This document shows, piece by piece, positions 57,647 through 64,000 of a DNA stretch of 64,000 nt; positions within the stretch are counted from its first letter, which is position 1; each line of letters starts with the position of its first letter. The DNA comes from Octopus bimaculoides (taxonomy: Eukaryota), in the NCBI RefSeq assembly GCF_001194135.2, contig NC_069008.1:15208963-15272962 (forward strand). Direction: 5' to 3'. Below the pieces are notes generated by a model that ran no database searches, was not told the origin of the DNA, and saw only the letters and a program-made list of their open reading frames with translations. The translations under genes and the position numbers were made by a program.

Positions 57647-59146
57647 ATGGAAAAGAGTGAGAAGATTATAGAATTGATTTCCCCTGAACACATGATAAAA
57701 CAGAGGAGATCATATGACTGTGATATCTGTACAAAGTCCTTCTCTCAAAAAAGTGACCTAATTATACACAAACGTAGTCATACTGGAGAGAAACCATATC
57801 ATTGTGATGTCTGTGGTAAATCATTCTCTGACAGTAGTAATTTAACTGCACACAAACGCACCCATACAGAAAAGAAACTACATCATTGTGATATTTGTGG
57901 TAAATCATTCTCTAACATTAGTCACTTAACTGCACATAAGCGTATTCATACAGGAGAGAAGCCATATCATTGTAATATTTGTGGTAAATCATTTTCTATA
58001 AGTAGTCATGTTACTGCACACAAACGTACTCATACAGGAGAGAAACCCTATCATTGTGATATTTGTGGTAAATCATTCTCTGGAAACACTGCCTTAACAA
58101 AACACAATCGTATTCATACAGGAGAGAGACCATATCATTGTGATATCTGTGATAAATCATTCTCTCAAAGTATTCATTTAACTACACATAAACGTATTCA
58201 TACAGGAGAGAAACCATATCATTGTGATATCTGTGGTAAATCATTCATTGCAAATAATTACTTAACTAGGCACCAACGTATTCATACAGGAGAGAAACCA
58301 TATGACTGTGATGTCTGTGGTAAATCATTCTCTTATAGTTCTGGCTTAACTAAACACAAAAGTATTCATACAGGAGAGAAGCTATATCACTGTGATGTCT
58401 GTGGTAAATCATTCTCTCAAAGATCTCACTTAACTAGACACAAACATATTCATACAGGAGAGAAACCATATCATTGTGATATTTGTGGTAAATCATTCAC
58501 TGAAAATAGTTACTTAGTTATACACAAACGTATTCATACAGGGGAGAGGCCATACCACTGTGATATCTGTGGTAAATCTTTCTCTGAAAATTCTGCCTTA
58601 ACTAATCACAAACGTATTCATACGGGAGAAGAACCTTATCATTGTGATATCTGTGGTAAATCATTCTCTCGAAGCAGTAATATAGCTAGACACAAACGTA
58701 TTCATACAGGAGAGAGGCCATACGAATGTGATATCTGTGGTAGATCATTCAATGAAAATCGTGATTTAACTAGGCACAAACATATTCATTCAAGAGAGAA
58801 ATCATATAACTGTGATGTCTGTGGTAAATCATTCTCTAACCGTAATGCCTTGACTTCACACAAGCGTATTCATGCAAAGGAAATGCCATATCCCTGTGAT
58901 ATCTGTAGTAAATCATTTTTTGAAAGGGGTCACTTAATTGCACACAAGCGTGTTCATACAGGAGAGAAACCATATTGTGATATTTGTGGTAAAGCATTGA
59001 CTCATAATTATCAGTTGAGTAGGCATAAACGTATTCATACAGGAGAGAAACCATATCACTGTGATGTCTGTGGTAAATCATTCTCTCAAAATAGTGACTT
59101 AATGAAACACAAATATATTCATACAGAAGAGAAAGGAAAAGGATAG
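57647..59146 (+). CDS. C2H2 zinc-finger gene J, 17 fingers, 499 aa
   Basis: Intact ORF with leader [10 protein letters not shown], 17 fingers, ending EKGKG*. Confidence 0.95.
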   Translation: MEKSEKIIELISPEHMIKQRRSYDCDICTKSFSQKSDLIIHKRSHTGEKPYHCDVCGKSFSDSSNLTAHKRTHTEKKLHHCDICGKSFSNISHLTAHKRIHTGEKPYHCNICGKSFSISSHVTAHKRTHTGEKPYHCDICGKSFSGNTALTKHNRIHTGERPYHCDICDKSFSQSIHLTTHKRIHTGEKPYHCDICGKSFIANNYLTRHQRIHTGEKPYDCDVCGKSFSYSSGLTKHKSIHTGEKLYHCDVCGKSFSQRSHLTRHKHIHTGEKPYHCDICGKSFTENSYLVIHKRIHTGERPYHCDICGKSFSENSALTNHKRIHTGEEPYHCDICGKSFSRSSNIARHKRIHTGERPYECDICGRSFNENRDLTRHKHIHSREKSYNCDVCGKSFSNRNALTSHKRIHAKEMPYPCDICSKSFFERGHLIAHKRVHTGEKPYCDICGKALTHNYQLSRHKRIHTGEKPYHCDVCGKSFSQNSDLMKHKYIHTEEKGKG

Positions 59147-59168
59147 TTTCTGTAGTTTGTTGTTTGCT

Positions 59169-59655
59169 ATACAAAGAGGTATCGAAAAGTACCCAGACAC
59201 ATTCTGTGGGACAAACTCATTCGGCTACTAGAAGCCACTTTGTATGACCCTCGGGCATCAGTCTACCGACTGGCATCTTCTGGTCATGTCATATTGCCGC
59301 ATGCTGCGTCCTTTGCATTGAATTTTGCAATGGCTGAAATGAAGGAACAGCATGCTTCCATGAAATTCTGTTTTCTGCTGGAGAAAACGGTGGCCAAAAC
59401 AGATGTCATGCTGCAAACAGTTTACAAGGAAGCTGCTATGAGCAAAACACAAGTTTACAAGTGGTTTTCACACTTTAGGAATGGCCACTTGTCGCTTGAA
59501 GACCAGCCTCGTTCAGTGTGACTGTCAACCTCCTGAACAAATGAAAATTCAGGAACTGGACTTGGAGGACCGTCACTGAACAATTGAAGAACTTGTTGAT
59601 ATGACTGGTGTGTCCTAGCACTCCTGCCAATGAATTTTGAGCAAGGGATTGCAAA
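59169..59655 (+). mobile_element. 5' part of a decayed mariner just after the gene J stop
   Basis: TIR-like tacaaagaggtatcgaaaagt, then MAEMKEQHASMKFCFLLEKT...YKWFSHFRNGHLSLEDQPRS. Runs into a gap. Confidence 0.8.
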
Positions 59656-60508
59656 NNNNNNNNNNNNNNNNNNNNNNNNNNNNNNNNNNNNNNNNNNNNN
59701 NNNNNNNNNNNNNNNNNNNNNNNNNNNNNNNNNNNNNNNNNNNNNNNNNNNNNNNNNNNNNNNNNNNNNNNNNNNNNNNNNNNNNNNNNNNNNNNNNNNN
59801 NNNNNNNNNNNNNNNNNNNNNNNNNNNNNNNNNNNNNNNNNNNNNNNNNNNNNNNNNNNNNNNNNNNNNNNNNNNNNNNNNNNNNNNNNNNNNNNNNNNN
59901 NNNNNNNNNNNNNNNNNNNNNNNNNNNNNNNNNNNNNNNNNNNNNNNNNNNNNNNNNNNNNNNNNNNNNNNNNNNNNNNNNNNNNNNNNNNNNNNNNNNN
60001 NNNNNNNNNNNNNNNNNNNNNNNNNNNNNNNNNNNNNNNNNNNNNNNNNNNNNNNNNNNNNNNNNNNNNNNNNNNNNNNNNNNNNNNNNNNNNNNNNNNN
60101 NNNNNNNNNNNNNNNNNNNNNNNNNNNNNNNNNNNNNNNNNNNNNNNNNNNNNNNNNNNNNNNNNNNNNNNNNNNNNNNNNNNNNNNNNNNNNNNNNNNN
60201 NNNNNNNNNNNNNNNNNNNNNNNNNNNNNNNNNNNNNNNNNNNNNNNNNNNNNNNNNNNNNNNNNNNNNNNNNNNNNNNNNNNNNNNNNNNNNNNNNNNN
60301 NNNNNNNNNNNNNNNNNNNNNNNNNNNNNNNNNNNNNNNNNNNNNNNNNNNNNNNNNNNNNNNNNNNNNNNNNNNNNNNNNNNNNNNNNNNNNNNNNNNN
60401 NNNNNNNNNNNNNNNNNNNNNNNNNNNNNNNNNNNNNNNNNNNNNNNNNNNNNNNNNNNNNNNNNNNNNNNNNNNNNNNNNNNNNNNNNNNNNNNNNNNN
60501 NNNNNNNA

Positions 60509-60821
60509 ATGGTGCATCTCATGTGCCACCCGCACAAGAACCAGTCCAGGGGCACTGGCAACGATCTTACTTGGCTTGCCGGGTCTTCTCACGCACAGCA
60601 CATTTCCAAAGGTCTCGGTCAGTAGTCATCGCCTCGGTGAGGCCCAATGTACGAAGGTCTTACCTCACCACCTCAGCCCAGGTCTTCCTGGGCCTACCTC
60701 TTCCACGGGTTCCCTCAACTGTTAGGGTGTGGCACTTTTTCACGCAGCTATCCTCATCCATTCTCACCACATGTCCATACCAGCGCAATCGTCTCTCTTG
60801 CACGCCACAACTGATGCTTCT
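60509..60821 (-). mobile_element. RTE-like LINE fragment, same family as 49547-50383
   Basis: Reverse complement of the ORF2 C-terminal region (tggacatgtggtgagaatggatgaggatagctgcgtgaaaaagtgccacacc). Confidence 0.8.
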
Positions 60822-61184
60822 AATATATATATATATGGATAATCAAGCTGTTTGCAAGGAATGACCAAGAACTAAATGTCCAATAACTCAAATGATAGGT
60901 ATTTTAACTAATCACAACGGATTAGAGTGGTAAGAATATAATAAACCAACTTAATATTTTCAAATAAGCAATAATAAAAATTGGTCTCGCTACAGCATCA
61001 AAAAGTGTCAACCACCCCTAGATAATTGCCTAAGAAAAAAATAAGGGAGTCACAATGAGTAGATTAGTTGCCGTGGCTAAAACCTACAAAACTAGCCCCA
61101 ATTTAGGCTGAGGTTTAAATGCTTATCATTGCTACCAAATATCACATTTATACACTTACGTTCTCATGTGAATACAAACATGTG

Positions 61185-61330
61185 AGATGTCTACAATTTG
61201 TTCGAGACTTAGCTGCTATTTCTAGCTATGAATGAGAGATGTCTGAATTGTGTGGGATTTGGCTGCTATTTCTAGCTATACATTGTCGCCATGTTAATTT
61301 GTTGTGTGTATCTTATTTTGAGAATTCTTC
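61185..61330 (+). repeat. Orphan intron-1 module with 2 units of the 52-bp repeat
   Basis: Two cores followed by tacattgtcgcc...ttgttgtgtgt, as in the H and J introns. No ETS/NRF1 element seen upstream. Confidence 0.65.
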
Positions 61331-61621
61331 TCGGAACGCTTTTTTGGAAACGCATCTCTCTAATTAAATGAAATGCAAAGAAAAAAGTTTTGAAAAGGGA
61401 AAGGCACTCATGGAATCTAAACAAACCTGTCGGACGATACAATTTATTTTTAGCAATCAGGTATTATTAATGATACGAGGGGCCTGACAATATCGTTTGC
61501 AAATTCTTGATTGTTTTTAATCAGATTTTTTTTTTACTGTGCACAGTGCACATGGTGGTGCACGGGCTTTACCTTCGCCCATTTTTTGATATTGTGATAT
61601 ACGATAGAAATAATTATAAAA

Positions 61622-61842
61622 AGGCGGCGGCGAGCTGGCAGAAACGTTAGCAACCCAGGCGAAATGCTTAGCGTTACGGTCTGAGTTCAAATTCCGCCGA
61701 GGTTGACTTTGCCTTTCATCCTTTCGGTGGCGATTAAATAAGTACCAGTTACGCACTGGGGTCGATGTAATCGACTTAATCCGTTTGTCTGTCCTTGTTT
61801 GTCCCCTCTATGTGTAGCCCCTTGTGGGCAATAAAGAAATAA
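61622..61842 (+). mobile_element. tRNA-derived SINE, second family
   Basis: A-box-like tggcagaaacg, B-box-like gagttcaaatt, body gcctttcatcctttcgg...ataagtaccagtt...ggggtcgatgtaatcgact. Confidence 0.8.
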
Positions 61843-61903
61843 TTCTAAAACAATAGAGTAAATATGTTCAAGATGTACACAAGTTTCGTACATTTATTTT
61901 TGT

Positions 61904-62522
61904 GGATCTTTTTTAAAACGGGGGCCACATTTTTCATTAATGTTTTACGTAGTGTTTTTGGTACCGAAAGACTTTCAAACTTCGTATACTTATCTATTTT
62001 TGTATTCGAATTTATTTCATGTAAAAAATTGTCTTANNNNNNNNNNNNNNNNNNNNNNNNNNNNNNNNNNNNNNNNNNNNNNNNNNNNNNNNNNNNNNNN
62101 NNNNNNNNNNNNNNNNNNNNNCGATAATTTCAACCAATCACTGACAAGTATTCAGTTGTTTAAATTTACTCCTTTGGCTGATTAAGCGATGTAAAGCGTA
62201 TTTAATCTCCATACCTTCGTTTTATTTGCTTTTTTCATTTTAAATTTGTTTTAACCCTAACCCTAACCCTACGGTTAGGGTTAATTGTTTCAGAATCGTT
62301 TGTTTATGTAGTCGGCACTTAATGTATATCGGCTGAATGGACGTCAGTGATTGGTTGAAATTACAGAAATACGACAACTTTAACATGGAATAATTTATGG
62401 ATTTCTTTTTTTTTTAAGAAGACTAAGAGAAAAAGATGTTTTATATGACACATTCTACCAGTGTTTCAAGTTTCAAAGTGTTTCGTTAATGAAAAATGTG
62501 GCCCTCGTTTTAAAAAAGATCC
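61904..62522. mobile_element. Merlin-type MITE copy 2
   Basis: TIR ggatcttttttaaaacgggggccacatttttcattaa. 8-bp TSD atttttgt at 61896-61903 and 62523-62530. Internal taaccctaaccctaaccctacggttagggttaa. Confidence 0.82.
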
Positions 62523-62817
62523 ATTTTTGTTTTGAGTTTATAGAGAAAATAAATTATAAAAATGAAAAATATATATAAACATATATATAAAGGGGCAAAT
62601 TCTTTTCACTTTAATGTTTTTGTTTGTATTAAATTTCGATTTGCACATGTCCGTCAATTCGCTACGATCTCTTTTAAGTTAATAAAATCAAAAATTCAAA
62701 TTTTTTTTTCCATATTCATAATCCCCGACATCTAAAAACATAGGAATCCGAAAAAAAATTATTCAAAAAACTGCATTTTTCAAGGAGAGGTGCGAAATTT
62801 CATTAGCCCCAAAATAA

Positions 62818-63357
62818 TCATACAACATATAATTCAGTAGCTATTTGATTCCAAAAATTGAAGAATGCTTCATTTCCAAATCTCTGACTCCACATTAATT
62901 CTGCATGTGCACCATCCATTTCTGTTGGATGTTTTAAAAAGTGGCTTTCACAAACATCACGACAAAACTGATTCCAATCTGCATATGTTGCACATATGGT
63001 TATCTCACATTGCACCATTACTACTTCTCTATCAAGACCTTTGCCTTTTCCAGCACCGATGCACCATAAATATGTAAATGCTATTATTTGCCAAATTTCC
63101 AATTTACTTCTTTCAAAAAATGAACCCTTTCTTATGTTTATAGTTTTCCGACAAACACTACATCTCCAAATTACTTTATCAATTGAGCGAGAATAATTTC
63201 CTTTAACACATGGCCATCCACAACAAATTTCTTGTCTTGATAATAAACCATATCTTCTACACCAGATAATGGCCTTTTCTGTTGTTCCCAAATCTCTTCC
63301 GAGGCGGAATAAGGTCATGGAATTAAAAGCTTCATGCTCAGGCACAAAATTTGCCAT
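62818..63357 (-). mobile_element. Internally deleted Merlin/IS1595(ISXO2)-like transposase ORF, 179 aa
   Basis: N-terminal WRCSVC...IRKGSFFERSKL and DWNQFCRDVC motifs and a C-terminal E-x-MW...AF...I...Y motif, typical of this family as I recall it. The DDE core is absent. Confidence 0.7.
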
Positions 63358-64000
63358 AGTATCCGTTATAAGCTGAATTGAAAGAAACAGATTTTGAAAC
63401 GATATTGTCGGGTCCCTCGTATCATTAATAATACCTGATTGGTAAAAGTAGATTACTGCCCTTGTTTATATTCCACAAGGGCCCGTTTCTGTTTTGTTTT
63501 GATATAACGAAGGAAAGTGTTGTATACAGTGCTCTGCTGCACTACAACTAAAAAAAAAATGTATAGGCAAGACTTCCTTTTGTACCCAAACACCTTTTTA
63601 TATATATTTTTTTCTACACAAACCCCCATTTTCGGCTACGGAGAATACGAATCTGCAAAAAAATTGGCAAAAATCGGCATTTTGAAATTAATCCCCACAC
63701 CCCCACCCCGCTAATTTCTTTTTGTGTTTGTTGATAGAAAATTTCATGTTTCATGGTGAGCAACCTAGTTAAATGCAGGAGCTTATATACGGCTAGTCAC
63801 TCTGCTAGAAATAGCCATCAAATCTGTCTCAAATCACATTGTATTATCTTAATAAAGGATACATTAGACAACCTAACTTTTGAAAAAACAAAAACAAAAG
63901 ATGTGCAATGTCTTTGTAGATCTGCTTGATTAGGGATGACCTAGGGCTAAGCAATAAGAACAACAATAGTAACAATTACAAGGAAGTCAGTATTGAATGC

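Larger units (their letters stand above)
61403..63483. mobile_element. Putative extent of the non-autonomous Merlin-like element
   Basis: Inverted repeat core at 61454-61498 versus 63397-63441 (43/45 match), extending loosely to GGC termini. No TSD found. Confidence 0.5.

Noticed and set aside
61630-61700. tRNA gene suggested by A/B boxes (also ~44320-44390)
   Set aside because: The boxes run into SINE bodies and tails, and I see no complete cloverleaf.

Overview
Eukaryotic, AT-rich, repeat-rich window with N gaps, holding a tandem cluster of C2H2 zinc-finger genes (TGEKPY-linked arrays, no KRAB/SCAN/ZAD/BTB domain). I label them A-J from left to right. A-G and I are on the minus strand, H and J on the plus strand. 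G/H and I/J are head-to-head pairs. D, E, F, G, H, I and J have long open arrays (11-17 fingers), A is truncated after 9 fingers, and B and C are disabled by frameshifts or stops. Three further relics of lost genes are present. The SINE and RTE-LINE families and the style of ZNF expansion suggest a coleoid cephalopod, probably Octopus (inference). The main result is that all ten genes share one hidden unit design. It runs: NRF1-like + ETS composite promoter with fixed 15-bp spacing, a ~90-150 nt non-coding exon 1 ending at GTAAGT, an intron-1 array of a 52-bp repeat with variable copy number, a conserved acceptor, an upstream ATG 8 nt later (usually a 4-codon uORF), a ~24-aa leader, and the whole finger array in the last exon. 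The same TG dinucleotide slip has hit the finger repeat five times and gives an immediate stop in all four coding cases. Mobile elements include tRNA-derived SINEs, RTE LINE fragments, decayed mariners, several MITEs, an internally deleted Merlin/IS1595-like transposase, and a GG-ended MITE with 8-bp target-site duplications and telomere-like repeats. All calls come from reading the sequence by eye, with no database searches. Repeat boundaries are approximate.
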